NCBI GenBank assembly: GCA_019244185.1
Contig: JAFATB010000014.1
Location: forward strand, 192,001-256,000
Direction of reading: 5' to 3'
Source of the DNA: Acidobacteriota bacterium
Lineage (GTDB): Bacteria; Acidobacteriota; Thermoanaerobaculia; Gp7-AA8
Length of the DNA stretch: 64,000 bases
Below, one piece after another: positions 35,216-44,139 of the stretch. The position numbers and the translations under genes are program-made. Every line of letters begins with the position of its first letter. The first letter of the stretch is position 1. Below the pieces are notes generated by a model, which had not been told where the DNA came from, searched no databases, and saw nothing but the letters and a program-made list of their open reading frames with translations.

Positions 35216-36639
35216 GCGAACGCGCGCGCGTGACGCCCGACCGCGTCGCGCTCGTCTCCGTCGCCACGCGTTCCGGCACCACGAGCGTACGCCTCACGTA
35301 CGCGGAGCTGAACGCGCGCGCCGAACGCGCCGCCGGCACGCTGCGCGCGATCGGTCTCGAGGCCGGCGATCGCTTCGGCCTCCTCGCGCACAACTCCGTC
35401 GAGTTCCTCGACTACTTTTTCGCCGCGGGCAAAGCAGGCGCGATCGTCGTGCCGCTCTCGACGCGCGCCACCGCGCACGAGCTCGCGCACATCGTGGCCG
35501 ACTGCGGCATGAAGGCGCTCGTGCACGGCCCCGAATTCGACGACGTCACCGCGCAACTCGACGTGCCGCGCCATTCGCTGCACGCACCGCACGAAGCCTC
35601 GTTCGCCGGCGAAGCGCGCGATCCCGAAGACGTCTACTGCCTGCTCTACACGAGCGGCACGACCGGGAAGCCGAAGGGCGTGATGATCCCGCGCCGCCAG
35701 CTCTACTGGAACGCGTACAACACCGCCATCAACTGGGGTCTGCGCGACGACGACGTCAGCTCCATCTTCACGCCGCTCTATCACGCGGGCGGCATCGCCG
35801 CGTTCCTGCTGCCGATCTTCGCCGTCGGTGGCGCGATCGTGCTGCATCGCGGCTTCGACGCGACGGAAGTCTGGCGCACAATCGAACAGGAGCGCTGCAC
35901 CGTCGTCCTCGGCGTGCCGACCATCTGGAAGATGCTCATGGACGCGCCGGAGTTCGCGAGCGTCGATCTCTCGCACGTCCGCTGGCTGATCTCCGGAGGT
36001 GCACCTCTCCCGCACTTCATCATTAAGGCCTACCAGCAGCGCGGAGTGGTGTTCAAGCAGGGATATGGCATGACGGAAGTCGGCGTGAACTGCTTCACCA
36101 TGACCGTCGAAGACTCGTACCGCAAGCCCGGCTCGATCGGACGGCCGATGCTCTTCACGGAAGTGCGGCTGGAGAACATGGACGGTGAAGTGGGCGAGAT
36201 GTCGATCCGCGGGCCGCACGTCTCGCGCGGCTACTGGAACAACGAGGAAGCGACGCGCGCGGCGTACGGCGAGGACGGCTTCTTCCGCACCGGCGATCTC
36301 GCGCGGCGCGACGAGGACGGCTTCTTCTACATCGCCGGGCGACGCAAGGAGATGTTCATCAGCGGCGGCGTCAACGTCTATCCGGCCGAGATCGAGGCCG
36401 AGCTCGTGTCGCATCCCGGCGTCGCGGATGCGGCGGTCGTCGCGGTGCCGGACGACACGTGGGGTGAAGTTGCGGTGGCGTTCGTCGTATCCTCTGCGAG
36501 CGAGGCCGAGCTGACGTCGTATCTCACGCTTCGGATCGCGAAGTACAAGGTGCCGAAGCGGTTCGTGTTCGTCGAGGCATTGCCGCGCACGCCGTATGGA
36601 AAAGTCGTGAAGGAGACGCTGCGCAAGACGCTCGCATGA
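35194..36639 (+). CDS. Acyl-CoA synthetase (AMP-forming)
   Basis: YTSGTTGKPKG, QGYGMTE, FRTGDL, GRRKEMFISGG, YGK. Confidence 0.92.
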   Translation: MFDLDLLSERARVTPDRVALVSVATRSGTTSVRLTYAELNARAERAAGTLRAIGLEAGDRFGLLAHNSVEFLDYFFAAGKAGAIVVPLSTRATAHELAHIVADCGMKALVHGPEFDDVTAQLDVPRHSLHAPHEASFAGEARDPEDVYCLLYTSGTTGKPKGVMIPRRQLYWNAYNTAINWGLRDDDVSSIFTPLYHAGGIAAFLLPIFAVGGAIVLHRGFDATEVWRTIEQERCTVVLGVPTIWKMLMDAPEFASVDLSHVRWLISGGAPLPHFIIKAYQQRGVVFKQGYGMTEVGVNCFTMTVEDSYRKPGSIGRPMLFTEVRLENMDGEVGEMSIRGPHVSRGYWNNEEATRAAYGEDGFFRTGDLARRDEDGFFYIAGRRKEMFISGGVNVYPAEIEAELVSHPGVADAAVVAVPDDTWGEVAVAFVVSSASEAELTSYLTLRIAKYKVPKRFVFVEALPRTPYGKVVKETLRKTLA

Positions 36640-37292
36640 CCACGATCTCGATCGGCGAACCGACGGTTCGCATGACGCAGGAAGAACGCTCGGAGAAAAG
36701 CCGCCAACAGATCCTCGACGCCGCCCTCAAGCTGTTCTCGCACAAGGGCTACGGCGCGACGAGCGTCCGCGACATCGCCGAGGAGGCGGGGCTGTCGAAA
36801 GGAAACGTGTATCACCACTTTCCCGACAAGGAGACCATCTTCCGCGGATTGCTCGACCGCTACTTCCAGGCGATGTCGCAGCCGGACTTTCCGTTCAACC
36901 GCGCGCTCGCGGAAGGCTCGTTCCCGGAGAACCTCGAGGGGATCGGCAATGCGGTGCGGGAGATCGTCCGCGACTATCGCGAGTACGTCGCGCTGATCTA
37001 CGTCGACGTCGTGGAGTTCGACGGCACGCACGTCCGCAAGTTCTACGGCGACATGGCCGAGCGCTTCAACTCCTTCATGAAAGCGCACGGGATGGAGAAG
37101 GAGCTCGAGGGGAAGCTCGCGGCGGGACTCTCGCCCGTTTCCGCCGTCATGCTGGCCACGCGCATCTTCTATAACTACTTCACGGTGGAGATCCTCTTCG
37201 GCGTCAAGGACCACTTCGGCAAGGACACCGACGCCGCCGTCCGCGAGATCTCGCGCATCCTGCGCCACGGGATGCTCAAGCCGAACGCGTAA
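36636..37292 (+). CDS. TetR/AcrR family regulator
   Basis: ILDAALKLFSHKGY..IAEEAGLSKGNVYHHFPDKE. Confidence 0.92.
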   Translation: MTTISIGEPTVRMTQEERSEKSRQQILDAALKLFSHKGYGATSVRDIAEEAGLSKGNVYHHFPDKETIFRGLLDRYFQAMSQPDFPFNRALAEGSFPENLEGIGNAVREIVRDYREYVALIYVDVVEFDGTHVRKFYGDMAERFNSFMKAHGMEKELEGKLAAGLSPVSAVMLATRIFYNYFTVEILFGVKDHFGKDTDAAVREISRILRHGMLKPNA

Positions 37293-37373
37293 CAATCCGG
37301 TAGCGTCCGCTCCCAACCGCCGTGGAATCTTCGCGGATCGGCTTACGATTCTCGTCCACGGAGAAAACTCGCT

Positions 37374-39425
37374 ATGCGCGCCCTCATCCAACGGCTGTTC
37401 GCGCTGTTCCTCATCGTCCCCGCGACCTTGTTCGCGCAACAACAGCAGCAACCGTTTCAGGAGAAGGTCACCGTCACCTACGTCGAGATCCCGGTGACGG
37501 TGGTGCGCAACAACGAGCCGGTGCGCGGGCTGACGAAAGAGAACTTCGTCGTCACCGATGACGGCGTGCGGCGCGACATCGAGTCGTTCGACGCCGTCGA
37601 CTTCGCCGCGGCCACCGAGCCGGAGAAACGCATCTCCCCGCTGAATCCCGCGTCGCGCCGCAACTTTCTCCTGCTCTTCGACCTCTCGTACTCGACGCCG
37701 AACAAGGTCTCGCGTGCGCAGCAGGCCGCGCGGAACTTCATCGCCCGCAGCGTGACCGAGCGCGACCTCGTCGCCATCGGCACCGTCGACGTCGACCACG
37801 GCTTCCGCTTCGTCACCACGTTCACGACCGACCGCGAGCTGCTCACCGCGGCGATTGCCAATCCGCGCCACTACCGCGCGCTCGATCCGCTGCAGATCGC
37901 GAGCACGGACAATCCGCTGGTGACCGAGTCGCAGCCGCAGACCTTCGGCGCGGAAGGAGTCGCGACGCAGGCCGATGCGGGCACCGACGCGATGGCGGAG
38001 TTCGTCCGCGGCCAGACGAAGATGGATGAAGCGTACCGACGCCTGCGTCTCACCAAGCAGGTGGAGATGCTCGGCGTGGTCGCGCACTCGCTGCAGAAGC
38101 TCGCCGGCCGCAAGCACGTCGTGCTGTTGTCGGAAGGCTTCGACGCGCGGCTCGTCCAGGGCCGCGGCCTCGGCGAGACGGGCGTGGAGGCGGCGGAGAA
38201 CGACGCCATCCAGAACGGCGAGCTGTGGAAGGTCGACAGCGACCAGCGCTACGGCAACGCTCGCGCGCAGCAGGCCATCGTGAAAATGGCCGAGGAGTTT
38301 CGCCGCGCCGACGCGGTGCTGCATACCGTCGACATCCAGGGCGTGCGCGTGAAGAACGACGTCCGCTCCGGCGCGACCAACAACAACAACGAGGGCCTCT
38401 ATCTCCTCGCCAACTCCACCGGCGGCTCGGTGTTCCGCAACTCGAACGACATCGGCGCCGACTTCGATCACCTCACGCACCAGCAGGAAGTGGTCTACGT
38501 CCTCGGCTTCCAGGCGCCGGTCGACAAGCCGGGCACCTTCCACAAGCTGAGCGTGAAGCTCACCGGCGTGCCGAGCGCGCGCGTGCAGCACCGCGGTGGC
38601 TACTACGACGCCGGCGCGGAGTCGACCATCGAACGCTCGCTCTCCACCGCCGAGATCATCCTCAACGATATCCCGCAGGACGACATCGACGTCGCCGCGC
38701 TCGCGACCTCGTTCCCCACCGGCGGCACGAAGTCGCAGGTGCCGGTGATCCTCGAGATCTCCGGCAACGATCTCGTGAAGCACGCGAAAAACGACCTCGC
38801 CACGACGGAAGTCTTCGTCTACGCGTTCGACAGCGACGGCGTCGTGCGCGACCGCATCTACGAGCGCATGAAGCTCGACGTGAGCAAGGTCGGCGACCGC
38901 CTGAAGGCGAGCGGCGTGAAGTTCTACGGCACGCTGTCGCTGCCGCCGGGCAAGTACGCGATCAAGTCGCTCGTGCACGTCGGCGAGACCGATGCGAAGG
39001 GCTACAAGCGCGTCAACCTCGACGTCGCGAAAGACGGCGACGTCGCCGTCGTGCAGCCGCTCTTCTTCCAGCAGGCGGCCGGCGCCGACTGGATCATGGT
39101 CAAGGCCGACTCGAAGAAGCCGCAGCCGTATCCGTTCGTCCTCGGCGGCGAATCGTTCGTACCCGACGCGCGCGCCACGCTGCGCGCCGGCGAGCCTCGC
39201 CTCTTCGCGCTTTACGTCTACAACGCCGAGCCGGACGAGCTGACGTGGGACATCGCGCCGACGGCGAAGCTCGTCTCGCAGAACCGTCCCGCGGGCGGCG
39301 ACGTCACGCAGTACGTCTTCGCACTCGAGAACGTGCCGCACGACGCGCGCGAGCTCGGCGTGACCATCCACAAGAAGGGCTCGTCGGACGAACGACACGT
39401 GACGGTGCCGATCGTGGTGCGGTGA
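37374..39425 (+). CDS. Secreted VWA-domain protein (Acidobacterial VWFA-related type)
   Basis: Signal peptide, PVRGLTKENF, LLLFDLS, GRKHVVLLSEG, LANSTGG, YVLGF. Confidence 0.82.
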   Translation: MRALIQRLFALFLIVPATLFAQQQQQPFQEKVTVTYVEIPVTVVRNNEPVRGLTKENFVVTDDGVRRDIESFDAVDFAAATEPEKRISPLNPASRRNFLLLFDLSYSTPNKVSRAQQAARNFIARSVTERDLVAIGTVDVDHGFRFVTTFTTDRELLTAAIANPRHYRALDPLQIASTDNPLVTESQPQTFGAEGVATQADAGTDAMAEFVRGQTKMDEAYRRLRLTKQVEMLGVVAHSLQKLAGRKHVVLLSEGFDARLVQGRGLGETGVEAAENDAIQNGELWKVDSDQRYGNARAQQAIVKMAEEFRRADAVLHTVDIQGVRVKNDVRSGATNNNNEGLYLLANSTGGSVFRNSNDIGADFDHLTHQQEVVYVLGFQAPVDKPGTFHKLSVKLTGVPSARVQHRGGYYDAGAESTIERSLSTAEIILNDIPQDDIDVAALATSFPTGGTKSQVPVILEISGNDLVKHAKNDLATTEVFVYAFDSDGVVRDRIYERMKLDVSKVGDRLKASGVKFYGTLSLPPGKYAIKSLVHVGETDAKGYKRVNLDVAKDGDVAVVQPLFFQQAAGADWIMVKADSKKPQPYPFVLGGESFVPDARATLRAGEPRLFALYVYNAEPDELTWDIAPTAKLVSQNRPAGGDVTQYVFALENVPHDARELGVTIHKKGSSDERHVTVPIVVR

Positions 39426-39482
39426 AGCACGTCCGCTAAACACGTTCGCTGAAGGCGCGCGAAGTTGTAGGATTCGCGCGCC

Positions 39483-40454
39483 ATGGGCGCAATCACTGAT
39501 TTCATCGACCACCACTACCGCCACTTCAACGCCGCCGCGCTGAAGGCCGCGGCCATCGATTACAACAAGCACCTCGCGAGCGGCGGGAAGATGCTCGTCA
39601 CGCTCGCGGGCGCGATGTCCACCGCGGAGCTCGGGCTCTCGCTTGCGGAGATGATCCGCGCGGGCAAGGTCCACGCGATCAGCTGCACCGGCGCGAACCT
39701 CGAGGAAGACATCTTCAACCTCGTCGCGCACGACTGCTACGAGCGCGTGCCGCACTACCGCTATCTCTCCGCGCTCGACGAGAAGCTGCTCCTCGACCGC
39801 CACATGAACCGCGTCACCGACACGTGCATCCCCGAGGGCGAGGCGATGCGGCGCATCGAAAGCGCGGTGCTGCGGCACTGGGTCGAGAAGGACCAGCAGG
39901 GCAAGCGCCTCTTCCCGCACGAGTTCATGTACGAGATCCTGCGCGACGGCTCGATCGCGGAGTTCTACCAGATCGATCCGAAGCACTCGTGGATGATCGC
40001 CGCGGCGGAGAAGAACCTGCCGATGTTCGTCCCCGGCTGGGAGGACTCGACCCTCGGCAACATGTACTCCGGCCACTGCATCTCCGGCGACGTCAAGAAC
40101 GTCCACACCGTGCGCACGGGCATCGAGTACATGATCGAGCTCGCGGAGTACTACACCCGCACTTCCGGCGAATCGTCGATCGGCTTCTTCCAGATCGGCG
40201 GCGGCATCGCCGGCGACTTCCCGATCTGCGTCGTGCCGATGCTGCATCAGGACCTGCAGCGCACGAATGTGCCGCTGTGGGGTTACTTCTGCCAGATCAG
40301 CGACTCGACCACGAGCTACGGTTCGTACTCCGGCGCCGTGCCGAACGAGAAGATCACCTGGGGCAAACTCGGCGTCGACACGCCCAGCCACGTGATCGAA
40401 AGCGACGCGAGCATCGTTGCGCCGTTAGTATTCGCGTATGTCCTCGGCTGGTAA
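39483..40454 (+). CDS. Deoxyhypusine synthase-like protein (probable homospermidine synthase)
   Basis: GAMSTAELG, TGANLEED, IGGGIAGDF, GSYSGA..EKITWGK. Confidence 0.88.
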   Translation: MGAITDFIDHHYRHFNAAALKAAAIDYNKHLASGGKMLVTLAGAMSTAELGLSLAEMIRAGKVHAISCTGANLEEDIFNLVAHDCYERVPHYRYLSALDEKLLLDRHMNRVTDTCIPEGEAMRRIESAVLRHWVEKDQQGKRLFPHEFMYEILRDGSIAEFYQIDPKHSWMIAAAEKNLPMFVPGWEDSTLGNMYSGHCISGDVKNVHTVRTGIEYMIELAEYYTRTSGESSIGFFQIGGGIAGDFPICVVPMLHQDLQRTNVPLWGYFCQISDSTTSYGSYSGAVPNEKITWGKLGVDTPSHVIESDASIVAPLVFAYVLGW

Positions 40455-43242
40455 GCTCGCTCTCGCCTTCGCCTGCAGTGTCGTGCTCGCGGCCGCGCCG
40501 CAGCCTCCGATCGAACGCCACATCCGCACGCTCGCGGCGGACGACATGGAAGGCCGCGGCCTCGGCACGCAAGGCATCGGCAAGGCCGCGAGCTACATCG
40601 AAACGCAGCTGCGCGACGCGAGACTGCGTCCCGCGTTCGGCTCGTCGTACCGCCAGAAGTTCCCGGTGAAGATGGGCGTCGCGCTCGGCGCGAAGAACGC
40701 GATCGAAGGATTATCGGCGGACGACTGGACGCCGCTCGCGTTCTCCAGCGCCGGCTCGTTCGCGGGCCCGATCGCCTTCGTCGGCTACGGCATCGACGCG
40801 CCGCCGCTCGGCTACCTCGACTACGAAGGCATCGACCTCAAAGGCAAGGTCGCGCTGATGCTGCGCTACGAACCGCAGGAGCGCGACGACAACTCCGTCT
40901 TCGATGGCCGCAAGCCGAGCCGCTGGTCCGCGCTGCGCTACAAAGCGATGCAGGCGCGCGAGCGCGGCGCGGTCGCGGTCGTGTTCGTGACCGGGCCGCA
41001 GCAGGACGAAGACAAGGACAAGCTGCCCGCGCTCGTGAACGACGGTCCCGAATCCGCCGCGGGCATTCCGGTGCTGCAGGTGAAGACGTCCGTCGCGCAG
41101 CAGTGGGTCGATCTCGCCGGATTTCAGAAAGCCGTCGACGCCGACCTCAAGCCGCGCTCGCGCATTCTCGATCGCACGCTGAAAGGCAACGTCGACGTCG
41201 CCGCGAGCTACGTCGACGCGGAGAACGTCGCCGGCTTGCTCGCCGGACGCGGCAAGCTCGCGGACGAAGTGGTCGTCCTCGGTGCGCACTACGATCACCT
41301 CGGGTACGGCGGCAAGGGCTCGCTCAAGCCGAACGAGCACGCGATCCACAACGGCGCCGACGACAACGCGTCCGGCACCGCCGCGGTGCTCGTCGCCGCG
41401 CAGCGGCTAGGCGAGCTGCTGAAGGACGCGCGCGATCGCCGCACGATTCTCTTCGCGCTCTTTTCCGCCGAAGAAGTCGGCCTCGGCGGCTCCGCGTATC
41501 TCGTCGATCATCCGCCCGTGCCGCTCGACAAGATCGTGGCGATGGTGAATCTCGACATGGTCGGCGCGCTGCGCGACGACAAGCTCGTCGCGTTCGGCAC
41601 CGACTCCGCGCCGGAGTGGAAAGCGCTCGTCGATCGCGTCGGCGCGGACGCGAAGCTCGCGATGACGGAGAGCGGCGACGGCTACGGGCCGTCCGATCAG
41701 ACCAGCTTCTACGCGAAGCGCATCCCCGTGCTGCATTACTTCACCGGCACGCACGACCGCTATCACACGCCGGAAGACGACGCCGACGCGATCAACTTCG
41801 CGGGCGCGGCGCGCGTCGCCGAAGTCACCGCGCAGACCGTCGCGTCGATCGCGCGCGGCGACGTCACGCCGCACTACGCGCGCGTCGCCTCCGCTCCGGC
41901 GATGGAAGGCGACAGCCGCGGCTACGGCGCATACCTCGGCACGATCCCCGACTACAGCGCGATGGATGCGACCGAGGGCGGCGTCAAGCTCGCGGATGTC
42001 CGCGCGGGCGGACCGGCCGATCTCGCCGGCATCAAAGGCGGCGACGTGCTCGTCGAGATGGCCGGCACACGCATCGCGAACCTCTACGACATGACGTACG
42101 CGCTGCAGGATCATAAGCCGGGCGAGACGATCGACGTGGTCGTCGTCCGCAACGGCGCGCGCGTGCCGCTGCGCGCGACGCTCGGCTCGCGCGGCGCGCA
42201 GCCGGCGCCCGGCAGCGGCGCGCACGGCGTCATGCCGCTCGAGATCAAGGCGGGCAAGCCGTTCGACAAGACGTTCGACGGCGAGAAGCATCTGACGGAC
42301 GTCCGTCAGCTGACCTTCGGCGGCGAAAATGCCGAGGCGTACTTCAGCCCCGACGGAAGAAAGATCATCTATCAGTCCACCTCGGAGCGAGGCGGCTGCG
42401 ATCAGGAGTACGAGATGGATCTCGCCACCGGCGAGACGAAGCTCGTCTCGAGCGGGAAGGGACGCACGACCTGCGGCTATTTCTCGTATCCGAACGGCGA
42501 CCGCATCATCTACGCGTCGACGGAAGCGGCCGATCCCGGCTGCCCGCCGCCGCCCGACCGCTCGCGCGGCTACATCTGGGGCGTCTACAAAGGCTACGAC
42601 CTCTACATCGCGAACGCGGACGGCTCGAACAAGAAGCGGATCTCGCTGACGCCGGGCTACGACGCCGAGGCGACGTGGTGTCACAAAGGAGGCCGCATCA
42701 TCTTCACGTCCGTGCGCGACGGCGACCTCGACCTCTATTCGATGAACGAGGACGGCAGCGACGTGAAGCGCCTCACGAACACGGTCGGCTACGACGGCGG
42801 CGCGTTCTACAACGCGCAATGCACGGAGATCGTCTGGCGCGCGTCGCGCTTCACCGATCCCGCGGCGCTGGCCGAGTATCAGTCGCTGCTCGCCGACGGC
42901 TTCGTGAAGCCTTCGAAGATGGAGTTGTACGTCGCGAACGCGGACGGCTCGAACGCGCGGCAGCTCACCGCCAACGGCGCCGCGAACTTCTGCCCCTGGT
43001 TCATGCCCGATCAGAAGCGGATCATCTTCTCGTCGAACGTGCTCGACCCGCGCGGCCGCGAGTTCGATCTCTTCATCGTGAACAAGGACGGCAGCGGCAC
43101 GCCCGAGCGCGTAACCACCGCACCGGCTTTTGACGGTTTCCCGATCTTCAGCCCCGACGGCAAGTACATCGTGTGGGGCTCGAATCGCGCGAATCCCGAG
43201 GGACACGACACGAACCTCTTCATCGCGCGCTGGGTCGAGTGA
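40438..43242 (+). CDS. M28 aminopeptidase + PA + PDZ + TolB-like (PD40) beta-propeller fusion
   Basis: GAHYDHLG, GADDNASG, AEEVGL, NLDMVG, SDQ, YHT; PDZ GAYLGTIP; repeated FSPDG propeller blades. Confidence 0.88.
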   Translation: MSSAGKLALAFACSVVLAAAPQPPIERHIRTLAADDMEGRGLGTQGIGKAASYIETQLRDARLRPAFGSSYRQKFPVKMGVALGAKNAIEGLSADDWTPLAFSSAGSFAGPIAFVGYGIDAPPLGYLDYEGIDLKGKVALMLRYEPQERDDNSVFDGRKPSRWSALRYKAMQARERGAVAVVFVTGPQQDEDKDKLPALVNDGPESAAGIPVLQVKTSVAQQWVDLAGFQKAVDADLKPRSRILDRTLKGNVDVAASYVDAENVAGLLAGRGKLADEVVVLGAHYDHLGYGGKGSLKPNEHAIHNGADDNASGTAAVLVAAQRLGELLKDARDRRTILFALFSAEEVGLGGSAYLVDHPPVPLDKIVAMVNLDMVGALRDDKLVAFGTDSAPEWKALVDRVGADAKLAMTESGDGYGPSDQTSFYAKRIPVLHYFTGTHDRYHTPEDDADAINFAGAARVAEVTAQTVASIARGDVTPHYARVASAPAMEGDSRGYGAYLGTIPDYSAMDATEGGVKLADVRAGGPADLAGIKGGDVLVEMAGTRIANLYDMTYALQDHKPGETIDVVVVRNGARVPLRATLGSRGAQPAPGSGAHGVMPLEIKAGKPFDKTFDGEKHLTDVRQLTFGGENAEAYFSPDGRKIIYQSTSERGGCDQEYEMDLATGETKLVSSGKGRTTCGYFSYPNGDRIIYASTEAADPGCPPPPDRSRGYIWGVYKGYDLYIANADGSNKKRISLTPGYDAEATWCHKGGRIIFTSVRDGDLDLYSMNEDGSDVKRLTNTVGYDGGAFYNAQCTEIVWRASRFTDPAALAEYQSLLADGFVKPSKMELYVANADGSNARQLTANGAANFCPWFMPDQKRIIFSSNVLDPRGREFDLFIVNKDGSGTPERVTTAPAFDGFPIFSPDGKYIVWGSNRANPEGHDTNLFIARWVE

Positions 43243-43251
43243 AGCGCGGCG

Positions 43252-43716
43252 TCAGCGCGTGATCGTGACCACGGTCGACGCGTTGGTCGCGGTCCCGCTG
43301 TCGTCGACCGCCTCGACGCGCAGCTCGGCCGAGACGCCGCCGAACAGGCGCTCGTCGGGCACGTCCTTGCGCGGCGCGAAGTGGTAGCGCGCCTCGCCGT
43401 TCGCGCCCAGCTGCGTGTTGAAGCCCATGCCCTGAATCTGGCTCGCGTCCCAGCTCTCGCGGCCGAGGGTGAGGCCGCCGGGAGCGAAGACCGTCGCGGA
43501 AACGCGCGTCACGTGGATCGGCCGACCGCCGGTCTCGCGCACGACGACGTCGAACGGGAACGTGTACGTGCTGCCGGAGACCAGGCTCGCGACGATCGGG
43601 TTCGGCACGACCTGCACCGCCACCGCGCCGTGGCCCGGCACGGCCGTCACGCCGCTGTGGCCGCCGCTGCAGGCGGCGAGGAGGAGCACGCAGAGGAAGA
43701 GCGCGTTGCGTTTCAT
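43252..43716 (-). CDS. Lipoprotein of unknown function
   Basis: Lipobox LAAC; beta-sandwich-like sequence. Confidence 0.75.
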   Translation of the reverse strand: MKRNALFLCVLLLAACSGGHSGVTAVPGHGAVAVQVVPNPIVASLVSGSTYTFPFDVVVRETGGRPIHVTRVSATVFAPGGLTLGRESWDASQIQGMGFNTQLGANGEARYHFAPRKDVPDERLFGGVSAELRVEAVDDSGTATNASTVVTITR

Positions 43717-43728
43717 GCGCGGAACGAG

Positions 43729-43745
43729 TGCAAGGCAGACGCCGG
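43729..43745 (-). promoter_or_regulatory. sigma54-like promoter
   Basis: Minus strand CCGGCGTCTGCCTTGCA (GG-N10-GC), 12 nt before ATG 43716. Confidence 0.45.
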
Positions 43746-43755
43746 GCGGGAGGCG

Positions 43756-43784
43756 TTGACGGCCTTAAGGGCGGACGGTAATCT
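43756..43784 (+). promoter_or_regulatory. sigma70 promoter
   Basis: TTGACG-N17-TAATCT upstream of ATG 43804. Confidence 0.65.
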
Positions 43785-43803
43785 TTCCTCAAAGGCATCC
43801 AGA

Positions 43804-44139
43804 ATGAGATACGTCACCTATTGGTTCCTTGCCGTAATGGCGCTTTTCGCGGTCCCGATGTCGGCGGACGTCTGCGTCCGTTGCGTCGCGCGCAACTGCG
43901 TGGTCGACGTTCCGGGCGGTTACGTGCAGTGCATGAGCAACGGACGGGAGTGCATTTACTGGCAGGATTGCATCGGCACGACCGTGGCCGTGCCCGACGT
44001 GCCGCTGAAGGGTGAGCCGCCGCTCCGGCCGCAGTGGCGCGTGGCGTCCGTCGACGTCATTCCCGCGCCGCGGCAGCGCGCGCTGCGCTGGCAGCTCGCG
44101 GCCTCGACCTTCGCCGGGACGAGCTTCGCGCATCGATGA
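43804..44139 (+). CDS. Small secreted Cys-rich protein (111 aa)
   Basis: Signal peptide, then 6 Cys within 33 aa; stop overlaps the next ATG. Confidence 0.7.
   Translation: MRYVTYWFLAVMALFAVPMSADVCVRCVARNCVVDVPGGYVQCMSNGRECIYWQDCIGTTVAVPDVPLKGEPPLRPQWRVASVDVIPAPRQRALRWQLAASTFAGTSFAHR

Noticed and set aside
39426-39450. Imperfect 13-nt tandem repeat (AAGCACGTCCGCT/AAACACGTTCGCT)
   Set aside because: Only two copies; could be an operator or chance, and cannot be supported further.
36378-40391. 1337-aa minus-strand ORF
   Set aside because: Antisense shadow of the TetR, VWA and DHS genes.
39483-40454. Eukaryote-like hypusination system
   Set aside because: Bacterial DHS-like proteins are widespread and known mainly as homospermidine synthases; no IF5A/EF-P gene nearby.
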